From contig JABHNK010000006.1 of assembly GCA_018694295.1 (NCBI GenBank), positions 318 through 64,317 of the forward strand: DNA of 64,000 nucleotides, written 5' to 3'. Source of the stretch: Waddliaceae bacterium. GTDB lineage: Bacteria; Chlamydiota; Chlamydiia; Chlamydiales; JABHNK01. The notes under the pieces were generated by a model. It was not told the DNA's origin. It did not search any database and worked only from the letters and a program-made list of their open reading frames with translations. Within the stretch, counting starts at the first letter, position 1. Every line of letters starts with the position of its first letter. Positions 8,967 to 18,547 of this stretch are shown piece by piece. A program made the position numbers and the translations under genes.

Positions 8967-11849
8967 TTATCCTCGTACGTTGTGGCTTCGGGATACGGTG
9001 ATTATCTCTTCATCAATATCGCCGAATATAGCACGCATAATTTCTGCACCCTGTTTTTTGTGGAGGGCATAAGACCCCGCCGCTGGCGAAGCGCTGCGCT
9101 CCCTGCCGACATACGACAGCGTAGTGCCTTCGGGGATGATATCATTGAGCTGTGGACGCATGAAGTCCCACGCACCCATGTTGCTAGGCTCGTCCTGGAC
9201 CCACAAGATTTTTTTGCATCCACCATAGGCGCCTATTGCAGACTTGATCTTATCGATATTAAGAGGGTACAGCTGCTCAAGGCGTAATATCGCCGTGGTT
9301 TTGTTGTTGAAATTCTTACGCTCGGCGATGAGGTCGTAGTATATCCTGCCACTGCATAGTATCACCTTAGAAGCATTGCTAGGAGGCTCGGGGTCAGGAA
9401 GGACCTCTTCGAAAGTTCCTGTCGCTAGGTCGTCGAGGCTGCTAACACATCCGGGATATCTAAGAAGACCTTTCGGAGTGAAGACAATAAGAGGTTTCTT
9501 GATGGTTCGCAGCGCTTGTCGGCGTAGGAGATGGAATAGCTGCGCTGGAGTCGTAGGGTTTGTGACCTGGATGTTTAGGTCGCCGGAAAGCTGAAGGAAA
9601 CGCTCTATCCTCGCAGAAGAATGCTCAGGACCCTGACCCTCATAGCCGTGAGGAAGGAACATCACAAGGTTGGAGCGTACGCCCCACTTCTGCTCGCTAG
9701 TAGCGATAAACTGGTCGATGACTATCTGTGCGCCGTTGCTGAAATCTCCGAACTGTGCCTCCCAGATGACTAAAGCATCGAGATTCGCAGCACTATACCC
9801 ATATTCGAAGCCAAGGACGCCGAACTCCGAAAGGGGAGAATTGAATACTTCAAAAACGCCCTGTCCCTTCCTAAGATGCCTTAAAGGGAAGTATCGTAGG
9901 TTTTTTACTTGGTCGGTCCATGAAGAATGCCTGTGGCTGAAAGTTCCGCGTCGTGAGTCCTGACCAGAAAGCCTAATGTGGTGCCCTTCATTGAGGAGCG
10001 ACGCCATAGCAAGATGCTCGCCCATTCCCCAGTCGATGCTCTTGACGTCGGAGCCTTCTTGGACCATCTCAAGCCTGGAAGTAATGAGATTTATAAGCTT
10101 CTTGTGGATCGTCAAACCTTCAGGGACGGTACAAAAAGCTTTGGCGAGGGTGACGATGGTTTTGCCGTCGACACCAGTCTTCGCAGGCTCAAAGAGCCTT
10201 CTCTCAGTGTCGAGGAGCTCTTCGCGGCTGGGCGGCTTCCACGACGGCGTAGCGCTGCCCTCGCTTTCGAGGAACGAAGCCTTGCTGCCTTTAAGAGACT
10301 TTTGTAACGATTCTTTGAACTCTTTCTCGAGACGCTCTGCCATATATTTCTCTATGACGCCAGTAGCGATAAGCTCATCACGATATAATTCGCGGATAGG
10401 CTTTTTCTTCTTGATAAGCTGATATTCTATTGGCTGAGTAAAGGACGGCTCGTCGCCCTCATTGTGACCCCACTTGCGATAACAGTGCATGTTGATGACA
10501 ACGTCGCAATGGAAATGCTGTCTAAACTCCACGGCGAGCATCGTAGCAAAGACACACTCTTCAGGATGCTCGGCGTTGACATGGAAGACCGGAGCGCCGA
10601 AGGTATGCGCTATATCAGAAGAAAAACGCGTAGAACGTCCATTCTTCGGCAACGTTGTAAACCCTATGTTGTTGTCGATGATGACATGTATGGTGCCACC
10701 AGTGCTATAACCTAAAAGGTTGCACATCTGCATCGTCTCATAAACGACGCCCTGCCCAGCAAATGAGGCGTCACCATGGATGAGGATAGGGACTATACGA
10801 GAACGCTCAATGTCGGCGTCACGTTGCTGATGAGAACGTACATACCCCTGGACGACAGGGTCTACAGATTCGAGATGGCTGGAGTTGTCAACAAGACGTA
10901 TACGGGCTTTGTTGCCGCCGGAAGTGGTAACGTCGGAGAAGAAACCTTTATGATATTTGACGTCGCCGCTTCCCTGGAAAAACTCTGGGACATAACTTTC
11001 CTCGAACTGTGAAAATAAGTCGGCATGCGATTTTTGAAGGACGTTGGCGAGGACGTTTAGCCTGCCACGATGCGCCATCCCTATGATGAATGTCTCCATC
11101 CCCAGCGACGTGCCGGATTCTAATATAGCAACTAACAAAGGAATAAGAGTCTCACCACCCTCGATGGAAAACCTTTTCTGGCCGACATATTTCGTATGAA
11201 GGAACGTCTCAAAAAGCTCGGATTTGTTGAGATGGTGGAGGATTAGCTGCTTGTCTTCGATAGTAAGCTGCGGCTTCGAACGTATTGGCTCGAGATGCTG
11301 CTGGATCCATTGCTCTACATCAGGATTGTTGAAGCCCATATACTCGACACCGATATTAGAACAATATGTGTCTTTCAAAGCAGCGATAATGTCGCTAAGA
11401 GGAGCATTGGCGACGTCGAGGATGCCACACGTAGGGAATGTCTCACCAAGGTCTTCGTCGACAAAACCTAGAGCGCTAAGCTGTAGCTGGGGAGCATCGT
11501 CGATGGTGACAGGCTCGGCGGCGACAGGATTGACATCGGCAAGAAGATACCCATATGAACGATATGCGTCGATGAGGCCCTTAACACGCAGACCCTTGAT
11601 GGTATCACCGTCTTCGGCAGAGACAGGCCCAGCGGCGGCAACAGGGACAGCAGCGCTTTTAACGGGCGAGGCGTCATGATTAGAAGAAAAAGCATGACGA
11701 CGAGGAGGAACAGAATTCTTGTCCATGTTAGAAAAAAAATGCCGCCACGACACAGGAACATCACTAGGACTCTTCTGATATTCGACATACAGCTGCTCGA
11801 AAAGCTCGATGTTGGCAGTGTCGATGTTTTGTGGTGTGCCTTCGCTCAT
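8967..11849 (-). CDS. sucA: 2-oxoglutarate dehydrogenase E1 component
   Basis: 960 aa. GMAHRGRLNVL, HGDASFAGQGVVYE and LPHGYEGQGPEHSSAR are hallmark OGDH E1 blocks. Confidence 0.95.
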   Translation of the reverse strand: MSEGTPQNIDTANIELFEQLYVEYQKSPSDVPVSWRHFFSNMDKNSVPPRRHAFSSNHDASPVKSAAVPVAAAGPVSAEDGDTIKGLRVKGLIDAYRSYGYLLADVNPVAAEPVTIDDAPQLQLSALGFVDEDLGETFPTCGILDVANAPLSDIIAALKDTYCSNIGVEYMGFNNPDVEQWIQQHLEPIRSKPQLTIEDKQLILHHLNKSELFETFLHTKYVGQKRFSIEGGETLIPLLVAILESGTSLGMETFIIGMAHRGRLNVLANVLQKSHADLFSQFEESYVPEFFQGSGDVKYHKGFFSDVTTSGGNKARIRLVDNSSHLESVDPVVQGYVRSHQQRDADIERSRIVPILIHGDASFAGQGVVYETMQMCNLLGYSTGGTIHVIIDNNIGFTTLPKNGRSTRFSSDIAHTFGAPVFHVNAEHPEECVFATMLAVEFRQHFHCDVVINMHCYRKWGHNEGDEPSFTQPIEYQLIKKKKPIRELYRDELIATGVIEKYMAERLEKEFKESLQKSLKGSKASFLESEGSATPSWKPPSREELLDTERRLFEPAKTGVDGKTIVTLAKAFCTVPEGLTIHKKLINLITSRLEMVQEGSDVKSIDWGMGEHLAMASLLNEGHHIRLSGQDSRRGTFSHRHSSWTDQVKNLRYFPLRHLRKGQGVFEVFNSPLSEFGVLGFEYGYSAANLDALVIWEAQFGDFSNGAQIVIDQFIATSEQKWGVRSNLVMFLPHGYEGQGPEHSSARIERFLQLSGDLNIQVTNPTTPAQLFHLLRRQALRTIKKPLIVFTPKGLLRYPGCVSSLDDLATGTFEEVLPDPEPPSNASKVILCSGRIYYDLIAERKNFNNKTTAILRLEQLYPLNIDKIKSAIGAYGGCKKILWVQDEPSNMGAWDFMRPQLNDIIPEGTTLSYVGRERSASPAAGSYALHKKQGAEIMRAIFGDIDEEIITVSRSHNVRG

Positions 11850-12033
11850 AATACCCCTAAAATTTCAACCTTTTGCTATATATAATGTATTATACATATT
11901 ATATGTACCTTGAGGAAGAAATATTTTAAAAGATTTTTTTCTTAGATAAGATATAAAAAGATTCACAAAAAATGCAGATTGTGGTAAACGGGTTCTCAGC
12001 AAAAAATAAGATAAGGTTAGCAAAGGAATAAAT

Positions 12034-12486
12034 ATGGGATTACGAAGCGATAGACTTAAAAAGCTCGAGGCAGAACTCGAAGACCTAGAAAATTGGATGA
12101 AACTGGGGCTCGTCCCCAAAGGCGACATAGAAAAACATAAGGAAGAGATCAAGGCAATAAAAGCTAGGGTCAAAGATGAAAAAATACGCCTTAAATCCCT
12201 TAAAGATACCGATGACGATGAAGAGCATGTCGCACCAAGGCGTAATGTCCAGAGGTCGTCTTTTGCCGAAACGGCACCCATGAACGATATGCACGTCGGA
12301 AACGGCAACAGCAATAACAACCACGATGAATCTTCTTCGGATATCGAAGACGAAGCATTCGAAACGCCGGCAAACGACAAAGACAAGGATGATGACGACG
12401 ACGATAGCGATGCCTTCAGCGATAGAGGACGCTTCCGCCGTGGATGGACTCGTGATATCTTAGACCCCGACTCCAATGAATGGTGA
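12034..12486 (+). CDS. Hypothetical acidic coiled-coil protein
   Basis: 150 aa with AGGAA upstream of the ATG. N-terminal heptad-like LKKLEAELEDLENW and a D/E/S-rich tail. No domain recognised. Confidence 0.5.
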   Translation: MGLRSDRLKKLEAELEDLENWMKLGLVPKGDIEKHKEEIKAIKARVKDEKIRLKSLKDTDDDEEHVAPRRNVQRSSFAETAPMNDMHVGNGNSNNNHDESSSDIEDEAFETPANDKDKDDDDDDSDAFSDRGRFRRGWTRDILDPDSNEW

Positions 12487-12522
12487 GAATCACAGGTTGT
12501 CAACTTACAGGGGTGTAGATCC

Positions 12523-13803
12523 TCACTCACTGTCACTGTCACTACCACTGTAATAAGATGCTTCAGGAGAAGGATCTCTAGTAGTAGGCGTTGTGGATAT
12601 TGGATGAGACACGCTGCCCGATGCTTGAGACACGTCGTGAATAGTAGGTTGATACGTTGCTTCTGTATTAATATGATTAATAATTTCATCGAGCTTTCCA
12701 TAGATAATATTCATTTGTCTATGAAAGTTCGTTGTAAGCTTTCCCGATTCTTCTTGGGCTTCCTTAAGATCTTTTCGTAGAGTAGAAAGCTCTTCGGAAA
12801 GACCAGCAGAAGCTAAACATTCAATACCGCTAGTCTTTTCAGAAATACTTTCTTCAAGCGACCGTGTTTTTTCGGCGAGGCTTTTTTCAAGACCATTTAT
12901 TTTTCCAGAGAGACCTTCAAATTGACGAAGAGCGCCTTGTAAAGATTTGATTTCCGCAGAGATTCCTGAAAACTTTGTAGTATCTGTTCCTTTGTAATCG
13001 ACTAAGTCTTTTTTGTGGCTAGCGAGCGCTGTTTGAAGCTGCAGAAGGTCTTTTACTGCAGAGCCCAGAGCTGCTTTATGTTCGCCTGTAAGTCTTTCAA
13101 TTTTATCATCAAGAGTTTTTTGTTGCGCGCCTAAATCGCCGATATCCTTCGCTTTTTCGGATAGCCCAGCATCGATACTTTTCCTTAGACCTTCTAATCC
13201 TTCACTAAGCTTTTTGTCGTCATCGGAAGATTTACTTTCCAAGGCTTTTAAGCGCGCCTCAAGCGGCGCAAGTCTTTGGCGTATAGCTTCGAGATCAGAA
13301 TTGCTGCTGTGGTCATCGGGAGTTTCTGGTAGTTCAGCGATGCTAGCGCGTAGCGAAGCGATCTCAGCACTTAAATCTTCATGGCCGTGCTCAGGGATCT
13401 CTACTGTATCTGATGCCGCAGGTTTTTCAGCAACGGACTCTTCGGGCTTATTTTCTACTTTCTCTGGCGAAAAAAAACTAGGATATATAAAACCAACAAT
13501 AGAGCCGAACAACGTCCCTACAGCAGCTTCCACAGCATAGATGACATGACTTTTGGCGTCTTCATAAGAGCGACGCTCGGAATTGGCCCTGATATTGCAA
13601 AAGGCTACAGCAGAGAATGTGATAACAGCAGCAACAGTATGATATGCCATGTCTATGGCAGAGAAAATAGACTGCGCGAGAAGAGCGACAACACTCGATG
13701 CACCTTTAGAAAGGACAGTTCCTTCGCCGTGTAAATCAGAAATCCAATTTGCAGAGGTCCTGCTTAACGCAAAATCAGTAGATAATAAGTTGACGCTCGC
13801 CAT
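12523..13803 (-). CDS. Inc-like membrane protein (bilobed hydrophobic domain + long coiled coil)
   Basis: 426 aa with two hydrophobic lobes (VVALLAQSIFSAIDMAYHTVAAVITFSAVAF and VIYAVEAAVGTLFGSIVGFIYPSFF) near the N-terminus, followed by ~300 aa of heptad-rich sequence. Paralogous to 14144-15106. Confidence 0.5.
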   Translation of the reverse strand: MASVNLLSTDFALSRTSANWISDLHGEGTVLSKGASSVVALLAQSIFSAIDMAYHTVAAVITFSAVAFCNIRANSERRSYEDAKSHVIYAVEAAVGTLFGSIVGFIYPSFFSPEKVENKPEESVAEKPAASDTVEIPEHGHEDLSAEIASLRASIAELPETPDDHSSNSDLEAIRQRLAPLEARLKALESKSSDDDKKLSEGLEGLRKSIDAGLSEKAKDIGDLGAQQKTLDDKIERLTGEHKAALGSAVKDLLQLQTALASHKKDLVDYKGTDTTKFSGISAEIKSLQGALRQFEGLSGKINGLEKSLAEKTRSLEESISEKTSGIECLASAGLSEELSTLRKDLKEAQEESGKLTTNFHRQMNIIYGKLDEIINHINTEATYQPTIHDVSQASGSVSHPISTTPTTRDPSPEASYYSGSDSDSE

Positions 13804-13831
13804 AACAAAGCCCTCGAAAATAATTGCATAA

Positions 13832-13989
13832 CTGATGTTAAGCGCTAATCTTGCTTTAGTGGTGTAGCGAAAGGGTCAAGATGTAAGTGCTTCCGACGAG
13901 CCAAGCTCTGAAGAGCTGGGCGAGAAGGAATACGCAACAGATTGCTCCTTGTAGCACGCCAATAAAGTGAGAGAAGCTCATAACGTCAG
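13832..13989 (+). repeat. Family-B 158-nt structured repeat, copy B1
   Basis: CTGATGTTAAGCGCTAATCTTGCTTTAGTGGTGTAGCGAAAGG...CCAAGCTCTGAAGAGCTGGG...CCTTGTAGCACGCCAATAAAGT...CATAACGTCAG. Lies 28 nt from the start codon of the minus-strand Inc-like gene, antisense to it. Confidence 0.85.
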
Positions 13990-14143
13990 TGTATAATCAA
14001 CTCCTAACGTTTTATCAAGGATATCATTTTTAACGCAAGAAAACTTTTTATAAAAAGAACCTCAGAAACACCCTAGAAACATATAATAAAAATTTTAAAA
14101 CCTCGAGCACAACGCTTTCGGGAAGTTCTCTGAAAACAGATAA

Positions 14144-15106
14144 TTATCTAAGTATCAAGCCACCCAAATAAGCTATAGTAAGAGCAAGCGAGGGCATTGC
14201 TGCCGCTGCTGTCGTATTAATAGAGCGCCGTAGAGATGACATTGCAACAGTCGCGTCTTCCGAATTTTTAAGAAGTAATTTCATGAGCTCTTCTAAACAT
14301 TTTTTAATATCGACGATGCTAGTTTTAATAGCGACATGACGCTCTTCAACGCTAGCGCTCAGAGCTTTTTTGGAGAGGGCTATAGCAATGGATTCTTCTA
14401 GTGTACTTAATGCTTCAAGCGTGGCTTTAGTCTCAACATCGGCGCTGTCGGCCTTCTGTTCAAGAAGACCATATAGTGGCTTAAGCGCTTCATCGATAGC
14501 AGCTTTTATACCAGCATTTTTTAGAGATTCAACATCTTTCTTCAGCGACGCGATCTCTTTCGCCGTTTTTTCAGCGGTGAGTCTTGCTTTCAGCGCCGGG
14601 AACTCGGCGCGAGCTTTTTTTATGAGACAGTAGTGTAGGCATGCTCTCTGTATCTTAGTGGTGGCTGCTTCTTTTTTTTGTTCAGCTGCTTCAGCACGAC
14701 GCGACACAGCGTCGGGGTCCATGATATCGTAGGGCATTTCTTTGGTATTTATGTGCTTGGCGGCGATGTCCGGCCTGAAGAGGCCTACGAGCGACCCGCA
14801 AGGTATCGCTATGGCGAGAGTTTTGGCGTGTCTAAGGTGTCTCCCGGCAATCTCGGCAGAAAACCGCTCGCCGTTGATATTTTTTACTATCAGGACCTTC
14901 TCGGCGAGAAGTACGGCACCGACGCCGCCGGCAGCGAGAAGATGACATACAGTGTCGATGGCAGCAAATATAGAATATGTCACTGCTGCTACGGCTCTTG
15001 TGGCGAAATGTTTTTGTAGAGACGAAGAGCTTTCATTCCAGTCGTGGATTTTCATGGAAATTGTGTTGCTTAGTGACGCGTCATGTGATATCGCTTGTAT
15101 TTTCAT
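14144..15106 (-). CDS. Inc-like membrane protein, paralog of 12523-13803
   Basis: 320 aa. It shares the SIF(A/S)AID..(C/Y)H..AA motif and the two-lobe hydrophobic layout (AVAAVTYSIFAAIDTVCHLLAAGGVGAVLLA; AKTLAIAIPCGSLVGLF), then has a coiled-coil region. Confidence 0.5.
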   Translation of the reverse strand: MKIQAISHDASLSNTISMKIHDWNESSSSLQKHFATRAVAAVTYSIFAAIDTVCHLLAAGGVGAVLLAEKVLIVKNINGERFSAEIAGRHLRHAKTLAIAIPCGSLVGLFRPDIAAKHINTKEMPYDIMDPDAVSRRAEAAEQKKEAATTKIQRACLHYCLIKKARAEFPALKARLTAEKTAKEIASLKKDVESLKNAGIKAAIDEALKPLYGLLEQKADSADVETKATLEALSTLEESIAIALSKKALSASVEERHVAIKTSIVDIKKCLEELMKLLLKNSEDATVAMSSLRRSINTTAAAAMPSLALTIAYLGGLILR

Positions 15107-15265
15107 AATTACCTCGCCTTGTAAACTATTAATTTAAAAAGATTAGTGTAGCAGATATATGTATTTTTTGTAAGAAAAAAGGACGACGATAACTTTATCC
15201 TTCACTTTTGATAGCGAAATACGATATATATATTCTCTAACATTTACCCTCGGGAGACCAAAACG

Positions 15266-17215
15266 ATGAAAAAACGTATCATTGGCGATTACAACATAAT
15301 CAAACAGATAGGACAGGGGGCTCTAGGGACGGTATGCCTTGCAGAACACCGCTTTATGAAGAAACAGTATGCGCTTAAAGTTCTACCAGAAGAACTCGCC
15401 GCCGATAGAGCCTTTATAAAACGTTTTGAGAAAGAAATAAAAACACTCTCGACACTAGACCATCCTCATATCGTAAAAGTCCATAATGTATCATCAGCGA
15501 AAGGGACATACTTCCTTGTCACCGACTGTGTCGTCGATGATATGGGCGAGACGACAAACCTCGCACAGTATATCACCACACACGAAGGGCCTATAGCAGA
15601 AGATGAGCTCGTCAGGATGCTTAAACAGGTCGTCGGTGCTCTCGATCATATACACACAAGGACGCAAGGCGAAGGCGCTATGGCACACCGCGGACTTAAG
15701 CTTAACAACGTCCTTGTTGGCAAAGGAAAGAAGGGCGTCGATCTTTTCCTCTCAGACTGCGGACTTTCTAACGTAATAGGTTCCGGTGCTGTACTATCTA
15801 GAGCATATAAAGCCCTTGGCGATACCCTCGACGTCACCGTTGTAGAGACGACGAAAGGCGGCGAAGAAAAATACCCATCGAAACCATCAGACCCAGAAAA
15901 TGTACAACGCCTAAATAACTCCTTCCTGCAACACCTTGCATTCCTCGCACCAGAACAAAGAAATACGAACGGTGCCGTCGCAGCTGTCAGCTCCGATATC
16001 TATGCCTTCGGCGTCATGACATACTACCTGATAACAGGGGAATACCCAGAAGGTATCTTCGACATGCCTTCAGCGCTACGCCCAGAATACCGACTTCCAT
16101 GGGATGACTTTATAAAAGCATGCATGCAAAAAGATCCCGCTAGGCGTCCTACGTCACTGCTAGGGGCTTTCGACGACCTCCTAAACCAAAGACATAACAA
16201 TGAAGATGGTTTCGTGACATATACCATGAAGAAACCACAGCCCAAGACAACAGAGAAAATAGAAGAAAAAGAACTCGTTGCCGTTGGCGCAATAAAAGCT
16301 CCAGCAAAGCAAGAGAAAAATAAAGCCTCGGAGCCTAAAGCCCTCCTCGCCGAGATGTCGGATTTAAAACCAGCGATAAAAGAAAAAGCCCTAGAAACAC
16401 CAACATACGAAGAAGATCCAGCAGCAACGATTCGTGTAGACCGTAGCGTTACACACTACGAGCCCGAGCCAGTGAAACATATCGATATAGAACCTATCAT
16501 GACTGATATGGTGGTGATAAAAGGTGGGAAATTCTTCCGCGGAAGTAACGACGGAAATAGAGACGAGATGCCACGACACGAAGTGAATATCGAAAGCATA
16601 GCAGTAGACATCCACCCCGTAACAAACGAACAATTTATCCGCTTCCTGGAAGCTATGGGAGGGGAGAAAGACGTTAATAACAACGACACCATACAACTCC
16701 GCGAGTCTAGGATAAATCGTCGCGCAGGAAGCCTCTCAATAGAATCAGGATACGGAAAACACCCAGCAGCAGGAGTTACATGGTACGGCGCCGTGGCATA
16801 CGCAAAATGGGTGGGAAAACGACTTCCAACAGAAGCAGAATGGGAAATAGCAGCACGCGGAAGTAACGAAAATAGCCCGTTCCCAGTAGAAGGCGATATG
16901 GAGAAAACAAAAGCTAACTACTTCAGCTCCGATACCATAGCAGTGAAAAGCTATGCGCCAAGCAATAACGGACTATACGATATCGTCGGAAATGTATACG
17001 AATGGTGCCAAGATTGGTACGGATATAACTACTACGAAGCTTCGGAACAAGAACCTAATGATCCTCAAGGTCCTATACAAGGCGTATACCGCGTACTTCG
17101 TGGGGGTTGCTGGAAAAGTCTTAAAGAAGACCTTAGATGCTCACACAGACATCGCAATAACCCTGGAGCAGCAAACAGCACCTGCGGGTTCCGATGCGTT
17201 TCTAATGTAGAGTAG
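15266..17215 (+). CDS. pkn1: Ser/Thr protein kinase with C-terminal FGE/sulfatase-modifying-factor domain (Pkn1-like)
   Basis: 649 aa. Kinase subdomains are present: GQGALGTV, ALKVL, HRGLKLNNVL, APE. The C-terminal ~240 aa carry the FGE-sulfatase pattern (GVTWYGAVAYAKWVGKRLPTEAEWE...GNVYEWCQDWY...RVLRGGCW). This is the same architecture I recall for chlamydial Pkn1. Confidence 0.85.
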   Translation: MKKRIIGDYNIIKQIGQGALGTVCLAEHRFMKKQYALKVLPEELAADRAFIKRFEKEIKTLSTLDHPHIVKVHNVSSAKGTYFLVTDCVVDDMGETTNLAQYITTHEGPIAEDELVRMLKQVVGALDHIHTRTQGEGAMAHRGLKLNNVLVGKGKKGVDLFLSDCGLSNVIGSGAVLSRAYKALGDTLDVTVVETTKGGEEKYPSKPSDPENVQRLNNSFLQHLAFLAPEQRNTNGAVAAVSSDIYAFGVMTYYLITGEYPEGIFDMPSALRPEYRLPWDDFIKACMQKDPARRPTSLLGAFDDLLNQRHNNEDGFVTYTMKKPQPKTTEKIEEKELVAVGAIKAPAKQEKNKASEPKALLAEMSDLKPAIKEKALETPTYEEDPAATIRVDRSVTHYEPEPVKHIDIEPIMTDMVVIKGGKFFRGSNDGNRDEMPRHEVNIESIAVDIHPVTNEQFIRFLEAMGGEKDVNNNDTIQLRESRINRRAGSLSIESGYGKHPAAGVTWYGAVAYAKWVGKRLPTEAEWEIAARGSNENSPFPVEGDMEKTKANYFSSDTIAVKSYAPSNNGLYDIVGNVYEWCQDWYGYNYYEASEQEPNDPQGPIQGVYRVLRGGCWKSLKEDLRCSHRHRNNPGAANSTCGFRCVSNVE

Positions 17216-17235
17216 ATTAGCGTATAGGAAAAAGC

Positions 17236-17430
17236 AGGATTTTTACCACAGAGCCACGGAGAACACAGAGAGAAAAAAGAATATGGCTGGGGGATTTTCC
17301 CCCAGACCCCCGTTTTTGAACGGTAAACTGTTAATGGTGAATTGCAAACTTTTTAAAATCCTCGGGGTCCTAGGGGTGAAACCCCTAGCCCGCCCACCTT
17401 CCTCTCTGTGTTCTCTGTGGTAAAAATTTC
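17236..17430 (+). repeat. Family-A element, full copy A3
   Basis: Begins about 20 nt after the pkn1 stop. AGGATTTTTACCACAGAGCCACGGAGAACACAGAGAG, CTGGGGGATTTTCCCCCAG, CCGTTTTTGAACGG, CTAGGGGTGAAACCCCTAG, CTCTCTGTGTTCTCTGTGGTAAAAATTTC. Confidence 0.85.
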
Positions 17431-17474
17431 TATTACGAACGCCTAAAAAGATAGGGGATAAACTAGTTTAAAAA

Positions 17475-18146
17475 ATGAAAACGATGCAAAAAAAAGCCAT
17501 AGTAGTACACTCTGGAGGCATGGACTCAACAATATGCCTGGCTCTCGCCATGAAAAAATACCACAACGACGATATCCTAAGCGTAACATTTTCATACGGA
17601 CAACGACACTCCACAGAAATCGATGCCGCAAAAAAGATATGTGAAGACTGGAATATCGATAACAAAATAATACCTCTAGACTTCCTCGCAACGCTGACAG
17701 ACAACGCGCTGATCGGCAACGACACAGAAATACAGCACCCCAAAGAAACCGCTCCCAACACCCTCGTAGTAGGGCGTAACGGCCTGATGGCACGCCTTTC
17801 AGCAATACATGTCAACAGCCTCGGCGGCAACACAATATTTATGGGAGTCGTCTTTCCAGACAACTCGGGATACCGCGACTGCTCACGAGAATATATGGAC
17901 CTCATGGAGCAGATCCTCCGCATAGATCTTGATGACAATACCTTCACAATACAGACGCCACTAGTCACTATGACGAAAAAAGAGACAATAGCACTTGCCA
18001 ACGATCTCAACATCTTGGAATACATCGTTGAAAATACAATAACATGCTACGAAGGCATAAAACACCCAGGTTGCCAAAAATGCCCAGCATGCATACTCCG
18101 CAATAACGGTCTCGCTGATTTTATTGATTCCGATGAAAATCAATGA
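17475..18146 (+). CDS. queC: 7-cyano-7-deazaguanine synthase
   Basis: 223 aa with the PP-loop VVHSGGMDSTICL, the SYGQRH block, and the C-terminal Cys cluster CYEG...GCQKCPAC typical of QueC. Confidence 0.9.
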   Translation: MKTMQKKAIVVHSGGMDSTICLALAMKKYHNDDILSVTFSYGQRHSTEIDAAKKICEDWNIDNKIIPLDFLATLTDNALIGNDTEIQHPKETAPNTLVVGRNGLMARLSAIHVNSLGGNTIFMGVVFPDNSGYRDCSREYMDLMEQILRIDLDDNTFTIQTPLVTMTKKETIALANDLNILEYIVENTITCYEGIKHPGCQKCPACILRNNGLADFIDSDENQ

Positions 18147-18522
18147 GAAATTCGACATCTCTGCCACGAAGGTAGAGGCCCTCATGATAAAAATCAAAGA
18201 ACTTGGGATATGCCTCGACGACATCGACGAAAGCTTCTCTCGCGGCAGTGGTAAGGGCGGGCAAAAGATAAACAAGACTTCTAGTAGCGTACATCTCCAT
18301 CATATCCCTACAGGCCTAAACGTCACGTGTCAGCGTGAGCGGCAACGTAACAAAAATAGATTTATAGCATTAAGAGCCCTCGTAGAGAAGATAGATGAAC
18401 ATCTCCATCCAGGAACTACAGAAAAATCCGCTGCCCTAGCGAAAATACGTAAACAAAAAAGCCGCCGCCGACGTAAAAGCGACAAGAAACACAACGTTTC
18501 AGAGCAAAACAAAACCCTCTGA
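18133..18522 (+). CDS. GGQ-motif peptidyl-tRNA hydrolase domain protein (RF-1 domain, ArfB/ICT1-like)
   Basis: SRGSGKGGQKINKTSSSVHLHH contains the GGQ catalytic motif, and the tail is basic. I prefer the ATG at 18133 (MKINEKF). It overlaps the queC end slightly. Confidence 0.7.
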   Translation: MKINEKFDISATKVEALMIKIKELGICLDDIDESFSRGSGKGGQKINKTSSSVHLHHIPTGLNVTCQRERQRNKNRFIALRALVEKIDEHLHPGTTEKSAALAKIRKQKSRRRRKSDKKHNVSEQNKTL

Positions 18523-18547
18523 CGAATACGCCAGAGGGCTTTTATTT
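18515..18547. terminator. Bidirectional hairpin terminator between convergent genes
   Basis: CCCTCTG-ACGAATACGC-CAGAGGG followed by CTTTTATTT. The stem includes the stop at 18520-18522. The convergent gene stops at 18546. Confidence 0.55.

Noticed and set aside
11865-12701. 278-aa minus-strand ORF spanning the sucA upstream region and the 12034-12486 gene.
   Set aside because: It is a Ser/Leu-rich low-complexity translation typical of the antisense of a D/E/K-rich gene. It overlaps two better-supported genes and the sucA start, and it lacks an SD.
13832-13989. Hammerhead ribozyme or tRNA-like origin for family B. It begins CUGAUG, contains GAAA, and has a D-arm-like UAGUGGUGUAGCG.
   Set aside because: The CUGAUGA core is not intact (CUGAUGU), and stem II does not abut it. 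There is no T-arm (GGTTCGAATCC-like) or anticodon arm, so neither model fits.
17236-17272. Resemblance of the family-A arm (CACAGAG heptamers next to an A-rich GGTAAAAA) to V(D)J/Transib-type heptamer-nonamer signals.
   Set aside because: The heptamer differs (CACAGAG, not CACAGTG). There is no 12/23 spacer, the units are multiply repeated, and no RAG/Transib-like gene is present. This is a superficial similarity only.
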